A stretch of DNA of 64,000 nucleotides, taken from the NCBI GenBank assembly GCA_964464495.1, contig CAYXGI010000002.1:10558-74557 (forward strand). The letters are read 5' to 3'. This document shows, piece after piece, positions 19,570 to 29,936 of the stretch. How positions within the stretch are numbered: the first letter of the stretch is position 1; each line of letters starts with the position of its first letter. Origin of the DNA: an uncultured Phycisphaerales bacterium. GTDB lineage: Bacteria > Planctomycetota > B15-G4 > CAYZWU01. A program made the translations under genes and the position numbers. The notes under the pieces are model-generated. The model was not told where the DNA came from. It ran no database searches and saw nothing but the letters and a program-made list of their open reading frames with translations.

Positions 19570-20715
19570 ATGAAGCGCGTCGTAATTCTTGGTTCGACCG
19601 GATCGGTTGGAAAGCAGACCATCGATGTCCTCAGGGGCTTGGCCCACTCCTTCGATGTGGTCGGCCTTTCGGGAAATTCCAACACGGAAGCTCTCGTCGA
19701 GCAGGCGCGTGAGTTCAAGCCTGCCGCTGTCGCGGTAGCCGCAGCCGCCCCCAAGCGCCAACTCGCCTCGATCCTCGATCGACTGAATATCAGCCTTCTG
19801 AGCGGCCCCGATGCCCTCGTCGATCTGATTCGGCAGCAAGAGCCCCACATCGTGGTGCAAGCCGTCTCTGGGGCGGCCGGTCTCCCGTCATCGATGGCAA
19901 CGATCGAACAGGGAGCGCGGCTTGCGCTGGCAAACAAGGAATCGCTGGTCATGGCCGGACACCTCCTCATGCCGCTCGCCGCAAAGAGGGGGGCCGAGAT
20001 CATTCCGGTGGACAGCGAGCACAGCGCCATCTACCAGTGTCTCCAGGGCCGCACCGGGCGCGACGTGCGGCGTGTTTTTCTCACCGCATCGGGCGGCCCC
20101 TTCGTGGACACTCCGATCGATGATCTCAAAAAGATCACTCCAGAGGAGGCGGCGCACCATCCGACGTGGAACATGGGCGGCAAGATCACCATCGACTCGG
20201 CCACCATGATGAACAAGGCTCTCGAGATTGTCGAAGCCCGCTGGTTGTTCGAACTCGAACCGACCCAGATCGAGGTGATCGTCCACCGCCAATCGATCGT
20301 TCACTCCATGGTGGAATTCGCGGACGGTTCGATCCTGGCGCAGATGGGAATCCCCGACATGCGGGTTCCTATCCGCTACGCGCTCACCCATCCCGAACGT
20401 CCCGAACTTTCGAGGGATTTTTTCGATTTCAACCGATGGAGCCGTCTCACCTTCGAGCCGCCCGACAGAAAGCGATTTCCCGCGATCGATCTGGGGTTCG
20501 ACGCCGTTCGCAAGGGAGGTCTCCATGGAGCTGTGCTCAACGCGGCCAACGAGGAAGCGGTCGGACTTTTTCTCAAGGGCGTGATTCCCTTTGACGAAAT
20601 TTCTAAAAGAGTGTCTCTTGTACTCGGCAAAACCAAGCACATTCAATCGCCCACTTTGGAAGAGGTCCTCGATGCGGACCGCTGGGCGCGAGAGGAATCG
20701 ACACAATGTTTTTAG
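19570..20715 (+). CDS. dxr: 1-deoxy-D-xylulose-5-phosphate reductoisomerase
   Basis: LGSTGSVG, LANKESLV, PVDSEHSAI, LTASGGPF, HPTWNMGGKITIDSATMMNK. Confidence 0.97.
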   Translation: MKRVVILGSTGSVGKQTIDVLRGLAHSFDVVGLSGNSNTEALVEQAREFKPAAVAVAAAAPKRQLASILDRLNISLLSGPDALVDLIRQQEPHIVVQAVSGAAGLPSSMATIEQGARLALANKESLVMAGHLLMPLAAKRGAEIIPVDSEHSAIYQCLQGRTGRDVRRVFLTASGGPFVDTPIDDLKKITPEEAAHHPTWNMGGKITIDSATMMNKALEIVEARWLFELEPTQIEVIVHRQSIVHSMVEFADGSILAQMGIPDMRVPIRYALTHPERPELSRDFFDFNRWSRLTFEPPDRKRFPAIDLGFDAVRKGGLHGAVLNAANEEAVGLFLKGVIPFDEISKRVSLVLGKTKHIQSPTLEEVLDADRWAREESTQCF

Positions 20716-22556
20716 GCGTCGAGAGCGGGGGGTTCGATCTCCTCGCCTTTCTGGAAAAAACCTGGCTCACCGTGGAAGTCATCCTCGGTATCGGCCTCAT
20801 GATATTCATCCACGAACTAGGCCACTTCCTCGCCGCGAAGAAGTCGGGCGTCCGCGTGGAAACCTTCTCGCTCGGATTCGGGCCAAAGCTGGCCGGATTC
20901 CGCAAGGGAGATACCCTCTATCAGCTCTGTGCGATTCCCCTGGGGGGGTTCGTCAAGATGGCGGGCGAAAATCCGGGCGAGGACCTGAGCGGTGCGGCCG
21001 ACGAGCTTCCGAGCAAGACCCCCCTGCAGAGAATGTGGATCTTCAGTGCCGGCGTGCTGATGAACTTTGTCTTCGCCTTCATCACCTTCCCAATAATTTT
21101 CGCCACTGGTGTTCCTTTCGTCAGCCCCGAGGTCGGTTTTGTCAGACCCGGTGGTCCGGCCTGGCAGGCGGGCTTGGAGCGGGGCGACAACGTCCTCCGC
21201 ATCAACGGCAACAAGGTCTACGAGTTTCACGATATCCCGCTCAACATCGCCCTGGCCAAGGAGGGCCCCGTCGAGGTCGTATTCGATCGTGCCGGGAAGA
21301 CGCTGCGCGTCGACGTCACCCCGGAAAAAGACGACGAGATCGGCTTTCAACAGATCAGGATCACCAGTCCCTCCATCTACCATGCAACGGCCGTCACCGA
21401 GGCCGGCCCCGCCTTTCGGGCCGGCTTGCGCGAAAACGACCAAATCCTCACGATCGATAAGATGCCCCCCGACGAATGGCTCAACGATCGCGGCGCGTCG
21501 AGCGAGGCGCCCGTCACTCTGGAGATCGCCCGGACGCGAGACGAGGGGGAAATATTCATCGAGATGCGCGTCGTTCCCGAGATCATGGCTGATGAGGAAA
21601 AACGCAGGATCGGAATCAAACGGTCCTTCGATTTCACCGTGAAAGGTTTGCGGGGCGATCTGGCCGCTCTGGACACCGGTCTCGAAAAAGGCGATATCAT
21701 CGTCAGCGTCGGAGATCGGGAGATTCTCACCAAGAGCGATTTCAACGAGGTGCTCTCGGAGGAACCTCTTCGATTTCACATTGTCCGCACCGACGATGCC
21801 AGTCGCGCCGCTGGGAATCCTATCGTCTACGACGAGAGACATCGCGATGCGCTGCAGCGCGATCTGGCCACTGCCTGGGTCGACCGGAATAACCGTGTCG
21901 AGATCATTCCCGATGCACCCCTCTCGAAGGCGGGATTCAGCGGCTCCGTGACGATCCACGCGATCAACGGCCGCGATATCAAGACCTTCGGTGACATCGT
22001 TGACGCCATCAACGGCGCTGACGATCAAAAGATCAGCCTCGCGATCAGTCGGGCCGACTCCTCCTCCCAGGAGGACGTGGTCGTCACCACCGAGGCCATG
22101 AAATTACCGAGCCTGGGATTCGATTTCAATCTCACATCGGTTCTGCTCACGCGCAACCTCAACGTGGTCGATGCGATTTCGGCCGGCTTTCACTGCGCCC
22201 TCTACCAGATCAAGAACTGTTACATCACGCTGTCGCGGATCCTGAGCCAGGATGTCTCCGCCAAGAACCTCGGCGGTATCATCACGATCTCACGCACAAC
22301 CTACTCCTTCGCTGAACTCGGCCTGGCCCGGCTCTTCCTCTTCCTCGCCATCCTGTCTATCAACCTGGGATTCATCAATATCCTCCCGATTCCCATTCTC
22401 GACGGGGGCCATCTGATGTTTCTGCTGATCGAAAAGATCAAGGGATCCCCGGTCAACGAGAAGGTCATGGGCTACTCCCAGATCGTCGGGCTCGTGTTGA
22501 TACTCGCGCTCGTGGTCTACGTGACTTACAACGATATACTGCGTCTGTTCAGCTGA
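20706..22556 (+). CDS. rseP: RseP/site-2 intramembrane metalloprotease with multiple PDZ domains
   Basis: HELGH, GGFVKMAGE, NLGFINILPIPILDGGH; follows dxr. Confidence 0.93.
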   Translation: MFLGVESGGFDLLAFLEKTWLTVEVILGIGLMIFIHELGHFLAAKKSGVRVETFSLGFGPKLAGFRKGDTLYQLCAIPLGGFVKMAGENPGEDLSGAADELPSKTPLQRMWIFSAGVLMNFVFAFITFPIIFATGVPFVSPEVGFVRPGGPAWQAGLERGDNVLRINGNKVYEFHDIPLNIALAKEGPVEVVFDRAGKTLRVDVTPEKDDEIGFQQIRITSPSIYHATAVTEAGPAFRAGLRENDQILTIDKMPPDEWLNDRGASSEAPVTLEIARTRDEGEIFIEMRVVPEIMADEEKRRIGIKRSFDFTVKGLRGDLAALDTGLEKGDIIVSVGDREILTKSDFNEVLSEEPLRFHIVRTDDASRAAGNPIVYDERHRDALQRDLATAWVDRNNRVEIIPDAPLSKAGFSGSVTIHAINGRDIKTFGDIVDAINGADDQKISLAISRADSSSQEDVVVTTEAMKLPSLGFDFNLTSVLLTRNLNVVDAISAGFHCALYQIKNCYITLSRILSQDVSAKNLGGIITISRTTYSFAELGLARLFLFLAILSINLGFINILPIPILDGGHLMFLLIEKIKGSPVNEKVMGYSQIVGLVLILALVVYVTYNDILRLFS

Positions 22557-22576
22557 TCATTGCGGACTGGTGATTC

Positions 22577-23470
22577 TTGGCCGTCCCCGGATTCTTGAGA
22601 CTGTTTAGGATCTCGATAGCCTTCACGCCCGCAGCGGACGTGACTCTCGGCTACGCGTGCGCCCTCGCCTGGCAGTCGGATCGCGGTCTCGATATCGTCG
22701 TTCTTCTCACCGGCTGCCTCGTGTCGAGCCTCATCTTCGGTTCCGCCGTCGCCGTCAACGACATCGTGGATGAGGAAAAGGATGGTCGAACGGCGCCCGG
22801 CCGCCCCATCCCCTCCGGTGCGATCACTCCCGCCCTCGCCAAGAGAATGGCCGTGGGGACGGCCCTGAGCGCCCTGATTCTTGCCGGAACACTTGGACTC
22901 TCAGCCCTGGTCGCGGCCGCGGTAGTGATGGCGCTCACCGCTTCCTATAACCTCCTGACGCGGTCCAACCGCTGGCTGGGCGTCGGAAACCTTGCCCTCA
23001 TCAGGGCTGTGGATTTCGGTTTCGGAATGGTCTGCGCCGGCGGATTCGGGGCTCTGGCCGATCTTCTCCCCGAGTTCCGGTGGGCGATTCCCGTTCTCTA
23101 CGGTCTCTATGCTCTAAGTCTTTCGGGGGTGGCGCTCGGCGAGCGGCTCGATCGTCCGAGCCATTCCATGACCCTTTTCTTCTCACTGATCGCCGCGGCC
23201 AGCGCCGGTTGCTTTCTCTGGTTCGCACTCCGTTCCTCTCCCCACTTCTGGCCACCGACCATCACCCTCGTCATTCTCCTCTCGCCCCTGTGCGTGCGCC
23301 TCCTCAGACCGACGGGCGCTGTCGAGCCGATCGTGGGTCATCTCGTCTCGGGCTACCTTCTCATGGCCGCCATTCCCGTTCATGCGCTGCTCTCGCCGGT
23401 CGCGGGGTGGACTCTGGTCGCTCTTTTTTTTCTCTCCCGTGCGATGAGCCGTTTCTTCCCGCCGGCGTGA
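22577..23470 (+). CDS. UbiA-family prenyltransferase
   Basis: NDIVDEEKD...RPIPSG aspartate-rich motif; multiple TM helices. Confidence 0.85.
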   Translation: MAVPGFLRLFRISIAFTPAADVTLGYACALAWQSDRGLDIVVLLTGCLVSSLIFGSAVAVNDIVDEEKDGRTAPGRPIPSGAITPALAKRMAVGTALSALILAGTLGLSALVAAAVVMALTASYNLLTRSNRWLGVGNLALIRAVDFGFGMVCAGGFGALADLLPEFRWAIPVLYGLYALSLSGVALGERLDRPSHSMTLFFSLIAAASAGCFLWFALRSSPHFWPPTITLVILLSPLCVRLLRPTGAVEPIVGHLVSGYLLMAAIPVHALLSPVAGWTLVALFFLSRAMSRFFPPA

Positions 23471-23485
23471 TGAATGGGGACCGCA

Positions 23486-24790
23486 CTATTTGCGCGGATA
23501 ACACCGGGCAACATGATCCCGCGCTTGTCGCGTCGTTTCGAGCTTTCCCTCGTACTGAAGCTCTGTCACCTCGGCAAGGATCTGTCCCATGAGCGGGCCG
23601 GGCGTATAACCCATGGCAAGCAGATCGCGCCCCATGAGCAACGGTTCCTTGACCGCGGGTTGACGCCCCCACTTGCGTCTCATCAAGGCGATGTATTTGA
23701 TGTTGTCGAGTTTCCCATGGCTCGCGATGCAGTCGGCACGGTGCAGTTCCACATGAGCCGCGGCCACGGGGGATTCGAGGAAGCGGCGCAATTTGGATTC
23801 GCGCATCTTCTGGAGATTGACGAAATGCATGTGGCGCCCTACCAGTTCGACCGTCGCTTTCGTCTCCTTTCCGGAGAGCCTCAAACGCCGGCAGATCCGT
23901 TCGGCCATCGCCGCGCCTTTGGTGTCGTGTCCGTAGAAGCGGATCCTGTCGGTCGAAGACCGTGTCGCCGGCTTCGCCACATCGTGAAGAAGCGCGCCCA
24001 GGGCAAGGGCGAAGTCAGGCTTGCGGAGCGCTTCGAGTACGCGAAAAGTGTGCTCCAGAACATCGCCTTCAGGATGATAGCATTCGTCCTGCGTCACTCC
24101 CTCGCAATCAGCCACCTCGGGCAAGATCCCGCGAAGCAATCCGAGATCGTGCATCATCCGGATTCCGGCCCCCCGTTCGGGGTGAACGAGGATCAGCCGC
24201 AGTTCGTCGGAAATCCGTTCCGCGCTCAGTTCGGTCACCCGATCCGCCGCGTTTCTGATCGCCGCCGCGGTTTTTTCGTGAAGACCGAATCCGAGGGTGG
24301 TCGCGAAGCGAACGGCGCGCAGCAAGCGCAAACGGTCTTCGGAGAAACGTTGCGCCGGATCGCCGATCGTTCTCACAATCCGCCGGGCGATGTCTTTCCG
24401 ACCTCCCACGTAATCGAAGATTTCCCCGTCAAAGGGATCCATCAGGAGCCCGTTGATCGTGAAGTCGCGCCGCGCCACGTCCTGTCTCTCATCATCGGTA
24501 AAGAGGACGCGATCAGGATGACGACCGTCGCTCCCCCCCAGATCCCTGCGAAAGGTGGCGGTCTGATACACCTTTCCGCCCATCCGGACCATGACCACGC
24601 CGAAAGCCGCCCCGACCATGAGTGAGCGGGGAAAGAGCCGGGAGATCTCATCGGGGAGTGCGCTCGTGCAGATGTCGTAGTCCTTGGGCCTCTTTCCCAT
24701 CAGGGCGTCTCTGACGGAGCCGCCCACAAAATAGGCCTTGAATCCAGACTGCCTGAGTCTCTTAATGATTTTTTTAGCGACTGCTTTCAT
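23486..24790 (-). CDS. cca: CCA tRNA nucleotidyltransferase with HD domain
   Basis: VGGSVRD..KDYD, RRDFTING, EDRLRLLRAVRF, ERI..EL, HPEGDV..H, LLHDVAK. Confidence 0.9.
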   Translation of the reverse strand: MKAVAKKIIKRLRQSGFKAYFVGGSVRDALMGKRPKDYDICTSALPDEISRLFPRSLMVGAAFGVVMVRMGGKVYQTATFRRDLGGSDGRHPDRVLFTDDERQDVARRDFTINGLLMDPFDGEIFDYVGGRKDIARRIVRTIGDPAQRFSEDRLRLLRAVRFATTLGFGLHEKTAAAIRNAADRVTELSAERISDELRLILVHPERGAGIRMMHDLGLLRGILPEVADCEGVTQDECYHPEGDVLEHTFRVLEALRKPDFALALGALLHDVAKPATRSSTDRIRFYGHDTKGAAMAERICRRLRLSGKETKATVELVGRHMHFVNLQKMRESKLRRFLESPVAAAHVELHRADCIASHGKLDNIKYIALMRRKWGRQPAVKEPLLMGRDLLAMGYTPGPLMGQILAEVTELQYEGKLETTRQARDHVARCYPRK

Positions 24791-24859
24791 GGCATGTTGA
24801 AAATAGTTTTTCGAAGGGGTCGCGGCAAGAGATTAGTCGCGCCGGAGAGTTTGACGCCC

Positions 24860-25501
24860 ATGATTTCACTGCGCACCGCCTACTTCAATGCTGGAGAGAT
24901 CATCACTCTCTGTCTCCTGGGATTCTTCGTTTTTTTCATCCTCTTCTCGTTTTCACAAGCTCATACGATTCTCGACAATGAGGACCTGTCGAGAAAAGCG
25001 ATCGAAGAGATCTTCGCGCTGGAAGAAGAAGTCTTCGAGAAAGAAGGATCTTATATCGGACTGCGGGAACTGATCGCGCGATCGGACAATTTGAGCCGAT
25101 TCAAGACCTATCCCAACCAGATGAAAGACTACGATTCCCAGGAACTCGCCTCGGATGGGAAATACTTCTATCTCCTCAAACTCGAACGGACCGAGGCGAA
25201 GTCCGCGCTCCTGGGCGCCAATCTCTCAGAGCGCATACCGGTGGGATTCCAGTGCATCTGCTGGCCGCGCCACTTCGGAACCACGGGCGAAACATGCTAC
25301 TACGTGGACGACGCCGGTTTCTTCTCTGTGTCGCCAAACACCTTTGGAGAACTGGACGGCATAAAAAAGCACTCCACCTTTCCACCAGACATGAAACCGG
25401 CTGCCGAAGCGGTGCCCATGTCAAGATCGGATAAGAGCGCACAGTGGTTCAGACTTTCCGATCTCAGCCAATCGAATCCCTTGCCAGATCCCTTCGACTA
25501 G
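24860..25501 (+). CDS. Hypothetical membrane-anchored protein with DUF2950/pilin-like C-terminal motif
   Basis: N-terminal TM; CWPRHFGTTGETCYYVDDAG resembles a WPxxxGxTGxxxFxV motif. Start uncertain (24794 or 24860). Confidence 0.6.
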   Translation: MISLRTAYFNAGEIITLCLLGFFVFFILFSFSQAHTILDNEDLSRKAIEEIFALEEEVFEKEGSYIGLRELIARSDNLSRFKTYPNQMKDYDSQELASDGKYFYLLKLERTEAKSALLGANLSERIPVGFQCICWPRHFGTTGETCYYVDDAGFFSVSPNTFGELDGIKKHSTFPPDMKPAAEAVPMSRSDKSAQWFRLSDLSQSNPLPDPFD

Positions 25502-27156
25502 AAGTAATTCCAGAAGACCTTGTAGGCCAGGGCGGCGATTATCCTGTCCGGACACTCGCGGTGGAACTTGAGAAGTTTCTTACCGACCGCGTCAGCTCCC
25601 TTCGTGCCGTTGACCTCGATATGAGCGAACGATTTGATTGCTTCCTCACGAATCCAATCAGGCCGCTCGCGATCGCCGGCCAGGGCGAGTAGGCACTCCG
25701 CCCCACGCGGATCGCCCAGATTACGCAGCCCGTTCACGACAAGGTATGCGGCGAGATCGCTGCTTTCGCTTTCGAGATATTTTTCCCAGCGCGCGAGTAC
25801 CTCCGGGCCAAGGGCATGCACCTGAAAGGCCGCAAGCCGGTCGAGTGAGAATTCTCCCACTAAGGTCGTGCGCGCTTTCCATCCTCCGCCGATCACCTCG
25901 AAAAAGAGATCTATCGCCTCGGGCGCCGCTGCCGTGGCCAGGCCCGAGAGGAGCGCCATGCGGTCGCTCGGCGTCAGACTCGAATCGTCCACGAAACGCC
26001 GCATCACGAGGGCTGGCGCCTCGGGAGACCTGACCACCGCCGTCAAGATCTCTACCGCTTCCGAGAGTTCAGCCCCCACAGTACTGGGCAGCTTGCGCAG
26101 ATAGGGAACGGCCACGCCCACGTCGCCAGCATTGTAGAGCCCCTCCAGAGCTTTGAGTCGCACGTCGGGTCTCGGATCGTTGAGAAGAAACTGAAGGACC
26201 GTTCGCGCCCTCTGAAGTTGCTCGCCCTCGTCTCGCTCCAGGTGGGCGATGAGTGATATCGTCAGATAGATCCGCACCGTGTCCGCGCGATGAGATGCCA
26301 GATTCTGCAGAATATCAATGGGCGGCAGCCATCGCGCGATCTCCAGGAACTTCACACCGTTGGTCAAGCGCACCGGGCCCTCGTGAGTGAGCATCTTCTC
26401 CAGTTCGGCATTCGCTTCATAAACGCCAAGCCTGAGAAGCGACTTGAGCGCCAGCGTTCGGACATCGAGATTGGAATCCTGGAGACAACCGAGAAGGAAC
26501 TGGCGGGACTCGTCAGTGTCGAAATTCCCCAATCCCTCGACAGCCATTCGACGAACGTGGAGATCTTCTCCCACCCCGGCCAGATCGCGAAAGAGAGCGA
26601 AAACAGCAGGTGATTTCTTTTCGGCCAGGCTCTCCAGGCAAAACAGTCGCAGCCTCTCACTCCCCTCTCGCGCCTGCTCGACCAGGATCCGCGTACTTTC
26701 GGGATCGTCGAATCCCGAGAGGCTGCGTATGGCCGCTCTGCTGATGATCTCGGCAGGATCGGTGGCGCAATCGAGCAGAGTGGCCAGAGCCTTGAGTGAT
26801 TTTGTTTCGGCAAGAAGGTCGACGTATTTCTTGGCCAGTGAGGGCCGTTCCCTCCGGAAGCGGTTGATCCTGTTGATCGTCTCGAAGAGGGTGGCGTCCT
26901 GATCCATCTCGACGAGCAATTCGATCGATCGGCGGGCAGATTCGGTGGTTCCCCAAATGATCCGATCGAGGCAGCGGCCGCGCCGGTCGCCCACCCCCTT
27001 GCCGAGGTACTCAGCAGGCGCGTCAATGAGTTTCACGGGGCGGCCGAAGAGAATCGGCTGTTCGAAATTCTCTTCCTCCTCGCCTGGAAGAAAGATATAG
27101 AGGAGGGCGACGAGAGTTGTGAGTACGAGAACGATGACTGTGGTTTTCTTCTTCAT
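25498..27156 (-). CDS. Membrane-anchored HEAT-repeat protein
   Basis: MKKK plus TM anchor from ATG 27156; D.D..VR..A...L HEAT repeats. Confidence 0.8.
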   Translation of the reverse strand: MKKKTTVIVLVLTTLVALLYIFLPGEEEENFEQPILFGRPVKLIDAPAEYLGKGVGDRRGRCLDRIIWGTTESARRSIELLVEMDQDATLFETINRINRFRRERPSLAKKYVDLLAETKSLKALATLLDCATDPAEIISRAAIRSLSGFDDPESTRILVEQAREGSERLRLFCLESLAEKKSPAVFALFRDLAGVGEDLHVRRMAVEGLGNFDTDESRQFLLGCLQDSNLDVRTLALKSLLRLGVYEANAELEKMLTHEGPVRLTNGVKFLEIARWLPPIDILQNLASHRADTVRIYLTISLIAHLERDEGEQLQRARTVLQFLLNDPRPDVRLKALEGLYNAGDVGVAVPYLRKLPSTVGAELSEAVEILTAVVRSPEAPALVMRRFVDDSSLTPSDRMALLSGLATAAAPEAIDLFFEVIGGGWKARTTLVGEFSLDRLAAFQVHALGPEVLARWEKYLESESSDLAAYLVVNGLRNLGDPRGAECLLALAGDRERPDWIREEAIKSFAHIEVNGTKGADAVGKKLLKFHRECPDRIIAALAYKVFWNYF

Positions 27157-27192
27157 TTTTTTTGAGCCAAGTTTAAGGGCAGACCAAAGCCG

Positions 27193-28170
27193 ATGCAATC
27201 GCCTTCACAAAGATCGCACGACGATCTGACCGATCACCTCCGACTGGTTTGTGCACCGATGGCTGGAATCTCCACACCCATCTTCCGCCAGCTCTGCGAG
27301 GAAAAGGGCGCTTCTCTGACGGTGACCGAGATGATCAGCGCGCGCGCGTTGAGCATGGGCAATCAAAAAACTATAGGCCTCCTCCGCAAGGGAGGTGGCG
27401 AGAAAAATGTGGCTGCCCAGATTTTCGGCGCCCGTCCCCGCGACCTCTCGGCCGCTGCCGCACAGGTCGAAGAGGCTGGTTTCAAGGCTGTCGACGTGAA
27501 CATGGGGTGTCCCGTGCGCAAAGTGGTCGGTACGGGAGCGGGCGCGGCTCTCGCCCGCACCCCGGCGCTCGCAGCCGAGATCGTGGCCGCCATCAGGGAC
27601 CGGATCTCCATTCCCGTGACGGCCAAGATCAGGTCGGGATGGAATCACGATCAGATCAACGCTCCCGAGCTCGCGGCGCGGCTCGAGAAAGCCGGACTCG
27701 CTGCCCTTTTCGTGCATGCCAGGACGAGGGACCAGGGATACAGCGGGCACGCCGACTGGCAGGTGATCGCCGATGTTGTCTCAGCAGTGAACATCCCCGT
27801 CGTTGGCAACGGCGACGTGAAGAACGGCCCCTCGGCGCTCCGCATGCTCGATGAGACGGGCTGCCAAGGGATCATGGTGGGACGGGCCGCCCTGGGCAAT
27901 CCGTGGATCTTCTCTGAGATCGCCTGCGCCCTGAACGCCGGTCGGCCTTTCGCACCGCCCGACCGGCGCGAACGCTTCGAGCTTTTCGTGCGCCATCTGC
28001 AGGGAACGATCGAGTGGGCAGGCCCGACTCGCGGTGTGAGACAATTTCGAGCGTGTGCGGTCTGGTACACGAAAGGCTTGAAAGGCGCGCCCGCGGCGCG
28101 ACAAAGAATCCACCATGCCCACTCAGCAGAGGAGATCGTCGAGATCGTCAAGGAACTCCATGGTATCTAG
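27193..28170 (+). CDS. dusB: tRNA-dihydrouridine synthase
   Basis: APMAGIS, TEMISA, DVNMGCP..KV, TAKIRSGW, VHART, NGDV, MVGRAALGNPWIF. Confidence 0.93.
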   Translation: MQSPSQRSHDDLTDHLRLVCAPMAGISTPIFRQLCEEKGASLTVTEMISARALSMGNQKTIGLLRKGGGEKNVAAQIFGARPRDLSAAAAQVEEAGFKAVDVNMGCPVRKVVGTGAGAALARTPALAAEIVAAIRDRISIPVTAKIRSGWNHDQINAPELAARLEKAGLAALFVHARTRDQGYSGHADWQVIADVVSAVNIPVVGNGDVKNGPSALRMLDETGCQGIMVGRAALGNPWIFSEIACALNAGRPFAPPDRRERFELFVRHLQGTIEWAGPTRGVRQFRACAVWYTKGLKGAPAARQRIHHAHSAEEIVEIVKELHGI

Positions 28171-28294
28171 CCGATCCGGGCACTGTACTTCGTAGCCAAT
28201 CTGTTGAGTCCAATTGGGTTAGAGTCCCTCCAACCCCGTCCTGCTCCGTTCCATCAGGAGTCTTCAACGAACCGACGGAAGGCAATTTTTTTGA

Positions 28295-28323
28295 TTGACG
28301 GCGAAATCGATGGTTGCTATTTT
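28295..28323 (+). promoter_or_regulatory. Sigma70-like promoter TTGACG-N17-TATTTT
   Basis: Consensus-like hexamers with 17-nt spacing upstream of the lipoprotein at 28412. Confidence 0.5.
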
Positions 28324-28411
28324 CTTTTTCTTGCATATAGTCTGACCGAATCAATACTTAGGTTACTGTTTTAAAGACTCTTTGATCAAGACATCACAAA
28401 CGGAGGACGGA

Positions 28412-28678
28412 ATGCTCAAAAGGCTGTTGGCCCTTTTCCTTCTCATATCATTGTTGGTTTCTGTTTCGGGCTGCGCCCTGATCTGGGGGCACGACGGCGG
28501 GCACCCGATCTCCCAGTATCTTGCCGAAGATAAAGAACAGGTCAGCACCGGCACATTCTGGAGCCAGCGCCACTTCAAGACTCACTGGCAGATCTTCTTC
28601 GACGGCGTCAATGATATGCACAAATTTGTCGACCGGCATTTCTGGAACTACGACTGGGACAATCCCGATTACAACTAG
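28412..28678 (+). CDS. Small lipoprotein, Trp/His/Asp-rich
   Basis: GGAGGA RBS; lipobox VSG-C; C-terminus DRHFWNYDWDNPDYN. Confidence 0.8.
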   Translation: MLKRLLALFLLISLLVSVSGCALIWGHDGGHPISQYLAEDKEQVSTGTFWSQRHFKTHWQIFFDGVNDMHKFVDRHFWNYDWDNPDYN

Positions 28679-28721
28679 TCCCTGTGCGGTACAGTTCTTG
28701 ACGGTCCTCTTTCCGGTTTCC

Positions 28722-29936
28722 GTGCGGTCCCCCTTGCGGGTCGTTCTCACGGTCTCGTTCGTTTGTGTATTTCTGCTCACCCTCTATTCCGGTTGCGCCC
28801 CCCACGGCCTTCTGTCTTTGAGGCAGGAGGCTGACGGCCATTTCCGCGAAGCGCTTCGCCTGTCGGGAATCGAAAATCTCTACGCGGAGAGAAATCTTTC
28901 CAACGCCTTCGATTCCGCATCCCTCGATACCGCCCTGGTCGAAGCACGCATTGCGGTCGACATCGATCCCTTTCACTTCCCCGCTCATTTGCTCGTTGTC
29001 GAACTCCTCTCCCTCCTCGACAGGAAGGACGAATACCGGGCGCAGTTGCACTACCTTCTCGATATCTTTCCCGATAATCTGCTCATCAGGCAGGAGGTTG
29101 CGCGTATCGAGATCGAAGTGTTCGAGAACAGCCACAACGCGGTGGGGATCATCAACGAGGGCCTCCAGCGTTCTCCGAGCAACATCGTTCTTCGCCTGCT
29201 CGATACCGAGCTCATGGTGGAAGGGGGCGCGGAAGAGGACGAAATTTTCGAGCGGATCGACGAACTCGTTGCGTTTCGGAGCCTTCGCGGAATCGGTTTG
29301 ACAGGCAACGACGCAGGTCTCTTCTGGTTCCGCATCATCAGGCTGTGCATCATCCTCTCCGAAAAGGATCTCAACGACCGGACCGTCAAACCTCTCATCG
29401 AGCTGGCCCACAAGTCTCCCGAACAGCTGCAGATCTGCTTGCGGATTCTCTATCAAGCGGGGTTGCTCGGATCGGCCAAGGATCTTTTTGTCCACGCCTG
29501 CGACGCTGACGACGCCGATTTCAACCTCAAGCTCGCCACGGCGCGGTTGCTGGTCCTGCTCAACGAGAGACAGCCGGCAGCAGACCTCCTCGAGGAGCTC
29601 AACGCCGAGGCGTCTGCCGACGAGCAGACAGAGCTCACGGTTCTCGAGGGCCACATACTCTTTCTCGACGGCAAGCCTGAAGAAGCGCTCCGTCTCTTCC
29701 GGCAGATTCTGGCCGACGATCCGGCTCACATCGGTGCGATTCAGGGTTTCTGGCTGATCTACGAACGCACACCTCTCGTTGGGATCGACGAGGCCGTGAA
29801 GGTCCTGGAGCAGGCCGCCGCAGTCACCCGCTCTTCGGCGGTGAGGAATCTACTCAGGGAACTGGCTCAGAGCATCCAGACGCTGCCGCAGAATCGAGAG
29901 ATCCAGCCCGATCAGCCGCTCTCACCCGAAAAGTAG
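28722..29936 (+). CDS. TPR-repeat lipoprotein
   Basis: Hydrophobic leader ending YSG-C; TPR patterns; start uncertain (GTG 28722 chosen to avoid overlap with the upstream gene). Confidence 0.7.
   Translation: MRSPLRVVLTVSFVCVFLLTLYSGCAPHGLLSLRQEADGHFREALRLSGIENLYAERNLSNAFDSASLDTALVEARIAVDIDPFHFPAHLLVVELLSLLDRKDEYRAQLHYLLDIFPDNLLIRQEVARIEIEVFENSHNAVGIINEGLQRSPSNIVLRLLDTELMVEGGAEEDEIFERIDELVAFRSLRGIGLTGNDAGLFWFRIIRLCIILSEKDLNDRTVKPLIELAHKSPEQLQICLRILYQAGLLGSAKDLFVHACDADDADFNLKLATARLLVLLNERQPAADLLEELNAEASADEQTELTVLEGHILFLDGKPEEALRLFRQILADDPAHIGAIQGFWLIYERTPLVGIDEAVKVLEQAAAVTRSSAVRNLLRELAQSIQTLPQNREIQPDQPLSPEK

Noticed and set aside
19570-23470. dxr-rseP linkage and the long RseP
   Set aside because: dxr-rseP synteny is widespread and extra PDZ domains are common variation.
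28170-28295. Possible tRNA or ncRNA after dusB
   Set aside because: No cloverleaf, T-loop or recognisable family could be folded by eye.
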